DNA of 56,030 bases, the filler included, from Squatina squatina (Eukaryota), in NCBI GenBank assembly GCA_031763465.1. It is 3 parts of 3 records of this genome, joined end to end, with 100 filler letters (N's around TTAATTAATTAA, not from the genome) between each part and the next. Parts side by side here need not be neighbours in the genome. Positions count along the whole stretch, not along the records: positions 1 to 28,901 come from JARFOE010000080.1; 2 more parts are not named here. The stretch is one strand, 5' to 3'. The position numbers and the translations under genes were made by a program. Shown in pieces: positions 1 to 12,125 of the stretch; positions within the stretch are counted from its first letter, which is position 1, and every line of letters starts with the position of its first letter. The notes under the pieces are model-generated. The model had not been told where the DNA came from and did no database searches. It was given only the letters and a program-made list of their open reading frames with translations.

Positions 1-290
1 AAACCTGCGCCCTCTAACAGCTAGAAGGACAAGGGCAGCAGGCGCATGGGAACACTACGACCTCCAAGTTCCCCTCCAAGTCACACAACATCCTGATTTG
101 GAAATATATCACCATTCCTTCATCATTGCTGGGCCAAAATCCTGGAACTCCTCCCCTAACAACACTGTGGGGGTACCTTCACCACACAGACTGCAGCAGT
201 TCAAGTGGCTCACCACCACCTTCCCAAGGGCAATTAGGGATGGGCAATAAATACTGGCTTTGTCAGCGGCTCCCACAGCCCATGAATTAT
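1..290 (+). mobile_element. 3' end of a CR1/L2-clade LINE
   Basis: Recognisable elasmobranch LINE terminus (...caccaccaccttcccaagggcaattagggatgggcaataaat...catgaat); ORF 126..362 is decayed ORF2 C-terminus/UTR. Confidence 0.65.
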
Positions 291-1718
291 TTTTTTTTTA
301 AACTCGGAAAAGCAATAACCAGAACTAGCAATGGAAATGCAAATGGCTACCTGGTCCACTGAGGACTTCAGTCCTATCTGTGCTCGTTTCTTATTCACCG
401 ATTTATCCTCATTCTTCCTGCAACATCAGTGAAGGTTTTAACTGGTAAAGTTGTAAATGCAACTGCATGTGCACAGTATTCACACATGATCATTTACTTC
501 AATATAGTGTTTCTGGCTTTAAATCAACTATATGGAGGCAAATCTTTTCCACCTCCTGTTTAGAAACCCTCCTCACAGGATAAAAACTAGGGCAGATATG
601 GCAATCGGAGAACAAGGGTGAAATTTTAGAACTGCTTCAAGTGGAACCTATATTAACATCAGGTTCGGGTGTACATTGAATAATAGGTTCACTTTGCAGC
701 ATTTCCATATATTCACTGGGACCTCATTTACAGCTGTTTGGTTTCATTAAGTCCACAAAATGTCAATGTGCCAGGCTTGCCTACTGATGTCACTATTTGT
801 ATGCATGTGTGATCATGCACAACTTCATTCAATTCTTGTAAACAGGTTTTCTGGCAACTAGGCCTGAGAGCCAGATGCCTGTTCATAGATCACTGAGAAA
901 ACAGATGGAAGAAAGATGGGTCTCCTAGTCCCACACCATGAAGAAAGATTCCTGACAGTGTTTTGAGGTGTAATAAAACAGAATAAAGATAAATGAGCTG
1001 CTGCTATTTTTCCCTCAGCCCAAGCACTGAGGAAATTGTTCAGATGCTCATCACAGTTATAATTTCAGTTTGCAGATTTACTTGATTTACACTTCGGGGC
1101 AATCAAGCTGTTAGGACTCTTTTTCGCTTTCAACACATTATGGGTTAAGAACACGTATCTTGTAGAATTTAAGGGAGCAATTTTAAAAAGGTACCTGCAA
1201 GCCATTAGTTATGCATGATCTCAGTGACTTACAAATCTGTTAACAAAAATGAACTGACCAATGAGGACTCGCCTGCAATAAAGCTTCTTTACACTTGTTA
1301 AGTATGTAAATCATTATTTAATTGGTATAAATGGCAAAGCATTTGCTCATTCAACTGCTCAGTTGCTGAATGGAATCGCTCAGTGGTGCTCCCATGAAAC
1401 AAGATACACTGTCTGGGCCAGTGACTGGGTTCTGAATGTAACTGGGAAGTTGCTGCAATTTCTAGTCTGGGAGCCATGGTGACAATAGCATGAAGATCAA
1501 AAGCATCAAATATGAAATTTCTGACAGGGTCCACCACTATGTGGTGTAAATAGCTGAAGCTAGCCCAGGACCTGTTGGTCAATTAGCCATGTGGACCAGA
1601 GCTTAAAACAAATGAGGTTTATTCATCCGTGGCAGTTGCCTCTTTGAGAGGAATGATGAACTAAATAGTAATTACTTTCCAGTGTGCGCCTTCTCCCTCT
1701 CAGCAACTTCCACCTGAG

Positions 1719-1914
1719 TCGTGCCCGGGTGTCCCTGGAGATGGAGCATGCGGTGTCCGCTGGTACGCTTGAAGCCTTCCGCGACCGGTGGGCACCGGGA
1801 GGACTGGAGTGCGTCATCACTGGGGATAATAGGGTTTTAATTTGAGCACTAGTTTTTGGTTAATTTTTGGTTTGTTTAGTTTATCATGGGTGATTTAGGT
1901 AAGCACAAAAGAGG
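1719..1914 (+). mobile_element. 5'-truncated Tx1-clade non-LTR retrotransposon with 14-bp TSD
   Basis: Encodes RARVSLEMEHAVSAGTLEAFRDRWAPGGLECVITGDNRVLI* (Tx1-like ORF2 C-terminus), T-rich UTR ending cacaaaagagg; flanked by aacttccacctgag at 1705-1718 and 1915-1928. Confidence 0.8.
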
Positions 1915-2279
1915 AACTTCCACCTGAGCTAAACCATTTCACTGGCTTTTATCCATCTAAGATGGGAGTCATTTCTGATTAATGGCAATTAAGGTCAACA
2001 ATTTCTTAAAGCTGTACCACCTTGCCTTGATCATTCTGACATTTTATACAACTTCTTAAAGTTGTATCCCTATAGCGGATACAGAGCTCGCCAAAGCCTG
2101 TNNNNNNNNNNNNNNNNNNNNNNNNNNNNNNNNNNNNNNNNNNNNNNNNNNNNNNNNNNNNNNNNNNNNNNNNNNNNNNNNNNNNNNNNNNNNNNNNNNN
2201 NAAGCAGAAGATAAGCCATACTTTCTGCTGCGGCACCCCGTTGCTCTCTTGTTTTTCTTGGAAAACGTGCTGCTCCAAT

Positions 2280-2409
2280 AATCCCTAATCCCTGAAGATG
2301 TCCAACATATATCTCTCCAGGATGTCCAACAGTTAAAAGAGAGAATCCTTAATCCCTGAAGATGTCCAACATATATCTCTCCAGGATGCCCAACAGTTAA
2401 AAGAGAGAA
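2280..2409. repeat. Tandem duplication, 64 bp x 2
   Basis: aatccYtaatccctgaagatgtccaacatatatctctccaggatgYccaacagttaaaagagag starts at 2280 and 2344; two substitutions. Confidence 0.9.
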
Positions 2410-3357
2410 ACTGTGAGCAGTCAGATGAGAGACTTCCTTAAAATGCTGAGGACAGATGAGCAGCGTAGTTATAAACGGTAGCTTCTGGAATAAGAGGAAG
2501 ACTACTGATGGAAAAGTTACAGCTTATCAATGAAAACAAAGACTGTGATGGGATAGACAGGCACAGAGCTGACAACAAGGACACAGAGGACCAGTGTATG
2601 ATAAAGCTCAAGAAATAAATAAGTAAAGGGCAGACAGTGTAGGTGGAAAGACAAAGAAGAATGACATTTCATTGAGGAAGAAATAGAAGAAAAATAAAGC
2701 ATTGTCACAAAAACATATTTTACTGTGAGGAGACCATTTGTTGCTTGGATCTGAAAGTAATGTGAAGTACAATGAACAACTATTTGGTGTTTATGAATGT
2801 GAATAAATTTAACAGCAATACTTGTTCGGTTTGTTGTGTGTAACATAATTGTAAATGCCTTCTTAATAAAATAAATTTTGCTACACATTCGGATAAGTTC
2901 ATAAATTTCTGCTACCGGTGAGGAGCTTTGCCTCATCAAGAAGACAGGTAAAGAACTTAAGGATTTTAATGGATGGACAATCCTACGAGGCCTACTGGCT
3001 TCCATTCAGAATTCCCAATTTGCAGTCCCAGCCAATGAAACTCAAGGCTCCAGGAATTGTTAAAATTTAACCTTTAGTGTGCAGAATAGTCTTTGCAATT
3101 AAATGTGACTTTTAAGACTGAATATGTATATTAGCTATAAAATAATATTGGCAACAACATGCATTATTTAAGGGTATGTTACCTAGCTGATCCAGGATTA
3201 TGACTGATATTTAAGCAAAATATTACTTTAGAGGAAAGATATTAACATTGTAGTTTTTAAATATGTAACTCCAAATTGCTATGATAAATTGATCAATTTA
3301 TAGAAATTTTGAGGCTGATAGTTATAACAGTAACCCTGTGGTCAAACAAAGTTGGAA

Positions 3358-3458
3358 GTAATCTCCTCCAGCCTCACCACCCCCTGAGATGTCTGCGCTC
3401 CTCAAATTCTGCCCTCTTGAGCATCCCTGATTATAATCGCTCAACTATTGGTGGCCGT
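3358..3458 (+). mobile_element. L2 LINE ORF2 C-terminal fragment
   Basis: Translates NLLQPHHPLRCLRSSNSALLSIPDYNRSTIGGR (L2-type R.LRSS...GGRAF region); runs into N gap. Confidence 0.75.
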
Positions 3459-3558
3459 NNNNNNNNNNNNNNNNNNNNNNNNNNNNNNNNNNNNNNNNNN
3501 NNNNNNNNNNNNNNNNNNNNNNNNNNNNNNNNNNNNNNNNNNNNNNNNNNNNNNNNNN

Positions 3559-3632
3559 GACAAAGGTTCGGCACAACATCGTGGGCCGAAGGGCCTGTTA
3601 TGTGCTGTATTTTCTATGTTCTATGTTCTATG
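3559..3632 (+). mobile_element. CR1 LINE 3' tail
   Basis: gggccgaagggcctgt...gtgctgta stem-loop followed by (TTCTATG)n tail. Confidence 0.8.
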
Positions 3633-6429
3633 CTTGCAAGAGAAGTTCGCACGTAACAAATACCAACACATGCATACTGTTTGTTGGAGGGGCATCTCAT
3701 TACAACTCCTGACTCCTCGCGAAGAGAACGCCTTGGAGATGCTGGGCAGGTAAACAACAAAAGGACTGGGGAGGGCGAGGTCAGAAGCCCACCCTATCTC
3801 ATGGCTAGTATCAATCTTTCGTTTTTTTTTCTCCCCTTACTCCTTCACTCCATCCCACATAGGCATACACAGCAACGCTAAGGCATAAAACACTAACATG
3901 CCTGCCGCATAAACTCTGTTTTAAGGGGTGGCATTGCCATTTTTCTATGTTCTTCTCCTTTTGGTGTCTTAGAGGAGGCAATGGTAGAGCCCAATGTGCA
4001 GGCTTAATCTATATGGGTTTGCCAAACAGGATTTTATCCTTTTTTCTGCATAAGCTGGTATTTCTTTGCTCTTCATATATGTTTTTTCTGTCACTGTGCT
4101 GGACGTTTGAGCAGTACTTTGTGGATTTAAACAGTTAATCATAAAGAGGTGACGCACTTCTTAAACTGTCATTATGTCACACAAAATGTCTATCTATGCC
4201 AAAAAAAACCCTGCCTTTAAATAAGCACCTCTGTATAAATATTAAATGTTAATGTGGTTGCAAAATGCCTCAAATGTAAATTGCGAGAAATAAATGATAA
4301 ACTCCAATCTAATTCTTCCAATGTGATTTTTGATTCAATTCTTCCTAAAAACCCAGTATTGAGCTTTAACTTCAGATGCACAATTTTTATTGAATTTAAG
4401 AACATAGCAGAAAACATGGTAATGGTAACGGCTATAAATTCCACCATGCATTGCATTTATTCCACAATCAAAGTCATTTTAGCTACAGGACTTCACTAAT
4501 GGGATAAATGTTATGTAATAAAGAACTGTCGACCATTCGCTGATGTCATGACCAAAATGATTTGGTAATTGAGAGATATGTTGGGCATGCAGAGAATTTG
4601 CATCACTGTACATCAGTATTGTATGCCACTTGATAAATGAATTAAGCATTGCACCAATTCAATAAAGCCACCAACAGATGTTGGGGTAGAATTTCCGCTT
4701 TGGGCACAATCAGTGAAATGGATGCAGATTGTGTCCAAAATTGCACCCATGCTGAAAAGTGTTTTTTTTTCTTGAGTTTCCATTCAAACATATTTGCATA
4801 TCGGCAAACGCAAAATCTGCCACAAATCAGTGCAATCGGACAGCATTTTAAAACCTCATTTAAAATAACAATTGCCTTGAAAAATATCCCTTGATATATT
4901 TAAGTGGTATCTAGATGCAGTTTGCTTAATACAGCGGAAAATGGGTTTATCACAAAAAAATAAGCATTTTAAATCAGTGTCAATTCACCACCTGTGAGTA
5001 ATCCAATTTTAAATCACTGAAAATGACCTTTAAAAAATATCCAAAAGCATCTGCTAGTTACATTGGGGTACAGTAGTCAGTTTCTTAGTAAATTTAAAAA
5101 ATATATAAATTCAAAAGCTTTTAAAATGTGCCTAATAGTTTCGTTGTGCCCAAAAGTACCAGCTTGATTTTTAGAGCCTCNNNNNNNNNNNNNNNNNNNN
5201 NNNNNNNNNNNNNNNNNNNNNNNNNNNNNNNNNNNNNNNNNNNNNNNNNNNNNNNNNNNNNNNNNNNNNNNNNNNNNNNNAGCGAGTGACAATGTTGGCA
5301 TGCCTGGTTGGAGTGGGGCCTGGCTCAGATTCTTATGATACGCCTAGAGAAAAAGAAGACAGCTTAGAATAGTGCTCTTAGGAACAATCTTCACAAAAAG
5401 CTTCCAGTGGAAGAACTGATATGATAAAATGCTTCAGTGACACACCAATCACAGAAAGAGTGTTAATGGATTAAATGAGCTGTAGCATTCAGCTACTTTA
5501 GATGGGGAGGTTCTTTTAAGCTAAATGAATATGATGATCTGAATACTTTCTAGGGGAAACCTGGGCATACAAGCTGCATAATAAGAATTTATGGTAAAGT
5601 ACAAAAGGACTTTACTGCAGTAGAGGGGGAAGTTATTTGTAAGTGCCACATGCTTAGAGTACTGCATTAATGTTTGCCANNNNNNNNNNTTGCCAAACTT
5701 GACTCACCCAGTAAAGTTATTGAACATTTTAATACTGTTTCCAAGGGTGCTGTATGGTAGAGATGACATTCATATCAGTTTCCACCTCCTCCCACTCTCC
5801 CTGGACTGCACCTCTTGAGTCCAGTGACATTCACTGCAGGAGAGGGCCCCTCTTCCTCTGCCTTACTTCTTGCAGGACAACCTTTCGGGGCCTCATGCAA
5901 GAAATGGATTACTCTCTGGCCTCTCAAACTCCTCACAGATATTTTTCTAATTAAGCTTGCTGACTTCTAAATCTGCAAATCACCCTTTTTAACCTGCCAC
6001 TGGGCTTTAAATCCTGTANNNNNNNNNNNNNNNNNNNNNNNNNNNNNNNNNNNNNNNNNNNNNNNNNNNNNNNNNNNNNNNNNNNNNNNNNNNNNNNNNN
6101 NNNNNNNNNNNNNNNNNNAAAATAGACTCACAACCTGGTTTCCTGCAGATCCAAGGTGATCAAGCTTAGGTAGGTGTTGGACTTCCGACTGTCCTGTGAG
6201 CTCTCACTACAAGAAGGCTGCTACCCATTCTTTTTTTTCCCTCTTTTTTACCCATCTGTCACATATTCAAAAAACCTTACAGGCATCCTGAATGAACCTT
6301 CCCCTTTAATGTGAGTCATATCACATGATGCTCAGAATGTATATTGAAGTGAGCTTCCTTCTCACCAAAACTCCAGACTTCAACATAATGGCATCTTCTT
6401 AGAAATCAAATAGGGTATTTTAGAAATCA

Positions 6430-6686
6430 AGTAGGGAATTCAGAAGAATCTTCTTTACGAAGAGTGTGGTGAGAATGTTGAACTCACTACCACAAGAAGT
6501 GGTTGAAGTGAATAGTATAGATGAATTTAGGGGTGGTTAGATATCAGGGAGAAGGGAAAGACGGTTATGCTGATAGATTTAGATAAGGGATGACGAGACG
6601 AGTCTTGAGTGTAACATAAACACTAGCATGGACTGGTTCGGACGAATGGTCTGTTTCTGTGTTGCACATCCTATGCAATCTTATGC
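6430..6686 (+). mobile_element. CR1 LINE 3' end, decayed
   Basis: RRIFFTKSVVRMLNSLPQEVVE-type ORF2 end, then gg.cgaatggtctgtttctgtg...ctatg terminus. Confidence 0.8.
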
Positions 6687-8106
6687 TTAACTGCTAATTA
6701 ATTTAACCTGATATTTCCTGCCTGACATTACAAAGGAACAGGAGATGCCCTGGACCATCCCAGATGGTTAATGTGATTACTGCCTGGTCTATTCATCAGT
6801 TTTCTGCCCCTCCATTCTTCCAGCTAACCTTCAATATTAACACATATCCTTATCTGATAATTACCTCGAGATGTGATTAAATTTGATGGGACACTTGACA
6901 CAAAGTAAATTCTAACACAGATGCTTTTCGAATCGTTGCTCAGTTGCATGCTTTTTTAGCTTAAAATGGTGGACTCAATATTTCAAAGTGCTGAGTGCGG
7001 TTAGGCATTGCTATATGCATAAAAAGGATCAAAATGTTAACGCCTATTTGACTCATTGTCAGAATGCTCAGAGTACTTTCATTCTCTGTGAGACCTTTTT
7101 ATTTCCAGGTGCAAATTTGTGAGGCTAAAGGTCTTGCCAACATGATTTTCAATTAAACTGCACTGGAGACACTTTCAAATATATTCATTTTATTAGTCAC
7201 TGGTTCCTCCATATTAAGTGGGCACAAAATCCCAGTGAACACAAAAACAGGGAAATAAAATAGGTCAGTTTTATTCAGCCGCAGCAAATTATTTTATATG
7301 CCCATCTATTGTGGTAGAACAGTTGTAATGCCCTTCATAAAATTAATGAAATATTGTTAGGTTGTGTTATAATATGTAATGTTTGCTTATCTGTTAGTTA
7401 AAACAGAATCAGTTGCGTAGTTGATTCATGGGCGTGCTCTTTTATTATTACATTGCAAATGATGAGAGGGCTTTTGCCTACGTCAAACCTGTCTTGCCCA
7501 GGGCATGTGTACTTTTACCACAGCTTACATTAAAAGATCCATTGAGTGTGTCATTAATATTCTATTACATTCGTGGAGACAGAATTTTGAAATGGCTTCG
7601 ATCACCCGCATCGTAAGGAAACAGCATGCCTTTTTTAAGCTCATTAAGGAATTAATAAAATGTAAAATGAAACACAGCATGGCATTATAGGGCTAATTTT
7701 ACAAATGCACGATCTTAACATTCCTGGTTAGCGCCTCATCATTTAATTTAATGAATGGGAAATCTGGGGAGTGTGCCCACCATTTCATAAGACTGGCGGA
7801 CAAGATTCGCCACCAGTGCAGCATGCGTTGGGGAGATTGGTTCTCATTACTTGAAATGCATTTTGAATAGAAAATTAGTATTGTATAAAATCAATTAAAT
7901 TCTGATTTTATTACCTATTCCAAAGCTGCAAACCAACTCACTGATAATCTGTAATCTAATTTGGGAACTCTACATTACAGCTCAAATATGAATTATAATG
8001 TTTAAATATATTTTCCCCTACATTTTGAATTATAAAGATCTGAGAATGCAATTTGTACAGGATTCTAAAAATACCACTGATTGAAATTATTGGCATAAAA
8101 TTATAC

Positions 8107-8440
8107 GGGTGATTTTAACCCTTGCCACCCGGTGGAAACCAGGCAGTAGTTAAAATCATCTGTAGGTCTCACTCGGGTTGTCCCGCATCAATCCCACAGG
8201 CCACGATTTTAACCTGCTCTTCCTAGCGCGTGAGAGGGACGTGCGCCTGAAACTAGCGGGGTCCTCCTTTCAATTTGCAGAACAGTGGTACCACCGTGGC
8301 CCAACTGTTATTCTATCCATGGGCCTGATTGGGGGAACCACTGTGGCTTGTGGACCAGGGAGAGGAGTCGGGACCAGAAAAGGTTCAAAATGATAGGTCG
8401 CTTCATTTTTTTTTAGCTTTCATTGTGGGGCCAGGAGGTT
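8107..8440 (+). mobile_element. Non-autonomous DNA transposon (Harbinger/MITE-like), left end
   Basis: Starts gggtgattttaaccc; the reverse complement gggttaaaatcacc ends a related copy at about 48167-48180, with shared internal ttttaacctgYtctt. Confidence 0.55.
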
Positions 8441-8540
8441 NNNNNNNNNNNNNNNNNNNNNNNNNNNNNNNNNNNNNNNNNNNNNNNNNNNNNNNNNNNN
8501 NNNNNNNNNNNNNNNNNNNNNNNNNNNNNNNNNNNNNNNN

Positions 8541-9007
8541 CCTGCGCCAACGGCTGCCATCTTAAAACATCCACTGATGTTATTGTCGGCCGATGTGTGG
8601 CGGCCAATCGCCCCATAAGAAACCACCTTATGCTCTCTGGTGTGCCGGCATCTTCTTACCTGATTTCCTCGGTCCCTGGTGGTCCAGTGGGCCCTGGGTC
8701 CCCTTCAGGAGCGCAAGCTTGCAGCCCTTGCCTTTAAGGCGGGGCTGAGGCTCATGCATGCACGTTGTGCCGGCAACGTAGCTAATGCCACGCTGCTGGC
8801 ATAACCCGGCAGTGACGCAGCATTGGCTGGGCCAACGTCTGGTCAGCACCGTGGCAACGCTGATTTAGCGTTGTTATGTTATGCTGACCTGAAATGGTGA
8901 CTAAGTCACCAAGGCCAGGTCACTATGCGTTGCTGGTGGTGCAGCGCACTTTCGGCTATGGGGCCCCGAATCCTGCGGCCGGTTTTGGCGCAGCCTAATT
9001 GGGGCCC
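8541..9007. mobile_element. GC/CpG-rich Harbinger-like non-autonomous element, right end
   Basis: Ends ...cggttttggcgcagcctaattggggccc; shares tgctgacctgRaatggtgactaagtYaccaa and cggttttggc with 47136-47435. Confidence 0.6.
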
Positions 9008-9047
9008 ATTAGTATTTTCCTCAACATCTGCCTCCACTACACACCAT

Positions 9048-9149
9048 GGGGTAGAATTTGAAGTCAATGGAAATAAAAATAGGGAGAGATGTAAAGCGGG
9101 CTGCCGATTCGCTTTCACCCATTTTACACTATCGCAAAAATCTACACCC
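9048..9149. mobile_element. About 100-bp MITE-like hairpin
   Basis: Outer ggggtagaattt / aaatctacaccc and inner aaaatggg / cccatttt inverted repeats. Confidence 0.5.
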
Positions 9150-11519
9150 TAGAGTTAGAAAAAAAATGTGTCCTTGGGCTCAGGGTCATACTTGTCTTTT
9201 TGTTTATTTGCAGGAGTAATCTTTGAGCCTTGCAAGTTATAGCCTGACAAGGAAATCACAGTGTAGATGAGTGGTTTGAATAGAGAAATTAGTTTTCCAC
9301 TACAGTAATAAGACACATGGTTGGAGTTGACTGTGGTTTTGTGATGTTTTTTACCTGGTTGATAGCACTTCCACATGACATTCAAGTGTCCTGGCCAGCT
9401 CTAACAATTCATGTGAGGTGCATTCTTTCTCCAAGACTCAAGGGCACAGAATTTTAGATGAAAATCCTTCTTTAATATGTATTCTGATTTCACGGTCTGC
9501 ATCGGTGAAATTACATTTTGCTGCATTATAGACTTAAGCACGTACAAAAGAGCATCTACAGACTCAGTTTTGTATTGTTCAGCCTACCAAAATATGATTG
9601 ATACATATATTGTGTGTTGCTTAGAAGTGAAATGATCAGTAAAAGCTTTTGTCGTCATGAAGTTCTTCATCATTTCCAGTATCCGAAAGTGTATTAAACA
9701 TGTCTTGTAAATGAGAAAGCAGAATTCTCCTATGTGCACTATTGGTGATATTTAAACCTGCCACATTTCAATCACTTCATCCATTTCTCCTGCCTTGAAG
9801 GAACTGAGTGAGGGTTGCTATATAGGCCACTGAGAGTAGATGAGGCAATCCTGGGGCTATATTCCCAGTAAAACTGTATTTTTACACAGAATTATACAAG
9901 ATATGTGGAATACACTGGGTATATGGTTACCGACTCATTCCAGACAAAGACCTGCAGCTAATCAAAGCATGAACATCTTAGAGAAATTAATTGACTATAT
10001 TCACAGCTCTTGAACTGATCTGTAATTCATCCTCAATTATTCACAAACCTGTCGTGAATATTCTTCAACCAGCATTGCCACCAGAATATTGTCTTTATCT
10101 GTTTAAAAGCTATTCTTTCATTTGCTGGAATAGTACTTGAGTCTTACAAGTTATAGACTGACAGCAAGGTGTTTGTTCCAGCAGAAAACTCCCAATTCCC
10201 CATCGAGTTTCCAGATAAATACACTACATTCAAGATGTTACAGATGATGTACGGTCTCTGCCTCCCCAGCTGTGGAATGATTTGATATTCCTGCACCGAG
10301 GAATGCAAATTGGCTGGGCACTGTCTGATGACGACACTGAATTCCATGCAGCTGTAAGGCATTGCAAATCAAACTTCCTTGGTTCCCCAGATGACTAGCT
10401 TGGAAGGATATTAGAGGACACGCTTGAGTGTACATTCCCTGAAGCAGCCTGAGAGATATCTATAAGTTAGTTGTGACATTGGCTCAGTGAACTTAATATA
10501 TTATATTCAATAAAATATCCTTAGTTTTCCACTGAACATTGTTGAAATATGTTNNNNNNNNNNNNNNNNNNNNNNNNNNNNNNNNNNNNNNNNNNNNNNN
10601 NNNNNNNNNNNNNNNNNNNNNNNNNNNNNNNNNNNNNNNNNNNNNNNNNNNNNAGCAGCCTTCAGGAGGGAGAAAGGGAGTGACCTTGGGAAGATAGGAG
10701 CAATACTGCTGGGAAAAGCAGAGAGTGAGTAAATACCACTGAAACGGATAGAATCAACACTGAGAAGGATAAGAGTAATTATTTGTGATCTTTGATTACC
10801 TGAAACACTGATGCTAAATGAATTCTTGCCTATTATTATGCGACTCAATTTGATCTGATGCAACAGTTTGGATTGCAGAATAAATGACGAACGATTGCCA
10901 AGAAAGAAATGACCTCACATAGTGCAGGAAATTTAAAGGTCCATTTCTCCCCAGGGCTGGCACAATGATAAATGAACCTATTCCATATAACGGCACTAAT
11001 GTCATTTCCTGATAATTACTGAGCGTGGAAATGTAATGTCAGTGGTGCCAAACTCCCTAAGTGGTAGCAGCTGGGGCTGAGAAGAGGAACCAAGCCCAGG
11101 GCACATTCATTTTAAATTACTTGCAATGCCCCTATAAATGTTTATTATTATGGTCCTTGTCACCAGCGGATAATAAAAAATCTGGAGCTACAGTCTACTC
11201 TTAATTCGAATTTGTTAATTCAAATTTCTTGTGCACTAAATTCCCACTCCGCACTATCAGTTGCATTGGCTAATTCAAATTTATTGGATAAGTCATTTTT
11301 TGCACTAAGACAGCTTTGAGTTACCAGAAGTAGACTCTGGATTAGAATTTTGTCTATACCACCTGGGCACTAAACAAAACCTGGGCAGAACGCAGAAAGG
11401 AAAATCTTGCGAGCAAAATTGCATGCAGATAACAGAAACCATGCGATCTTCCTTCGACAACGTGTAACAAAAAATTAGAGTCCCTTTACTGTCTGTTCAA
11501 TGGTTCGAAGCTGACTCCA

Positions 11520-12125
11520 TGGCTGGAATTTTGCCTACCTCGGCAGGTCTGGTGCAGACGGTGGCCATGATCGACCAGGACCCTGCTGCTGGCTCCGTTC
11601 TGTTGCTGCAAATGATTTTCCCTTAATAGGGCCTATTGAGCCTGCCCAGCACGTTACCCAGCCTAATTAAATGGAGTGGGTCTAGTGCCGTCATTCATGA
11701 CACGCTTCCAGCCAGGATCTTTAGAATTAACATTTAATCTAGCATAGTGTTTTCAGTGTACTACAACGTTTGAGTGCTGAAAACACTGACAATGATGCAC
11801 AGAGGCAGNNNNNNNNNNNNNNNNNNNNNNNNNNNNNNNNNNNNNNNNNNNNNNNNNNNNNNNNNNNNNNNNNNNNNNNNNNNNNNNNNNNNNNNNNNNN
11901 NNNNNNNNCTTCGGACTGCTGCACCTCTGGAGTCGCGACGGCAGTGTGGGCTGCGTGGGTGCCAGCCATGGGCAGCTTCAATGGCGGAGAGGCAACATGA
12001 CGCAAGAGTAATGGTCTAATGCTGAGAGATGAGAAGAGCTTCAGAGCCTGGTGAATGGCCAGGCACAATTAAAGCACTAAATATTTTTGCAACGCCTTCA
12101 CAGAGACGCTACCAAATTTCACCCC
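11520..12125. mobile_element. Harbinger/MITE-like remnant(s) spanning a gap
   Basis: Left end ggctggaatttt, right end aaatttcacccc, internal stem agtgttttcag...ctgaaaacact. Confidence 0.45.

Noticed and set aside
2517-3005. 162-aa minus-strand ORF
   Set aside because: Antisense of A-rich noncoding DNA; no recognisable domain or splice context.
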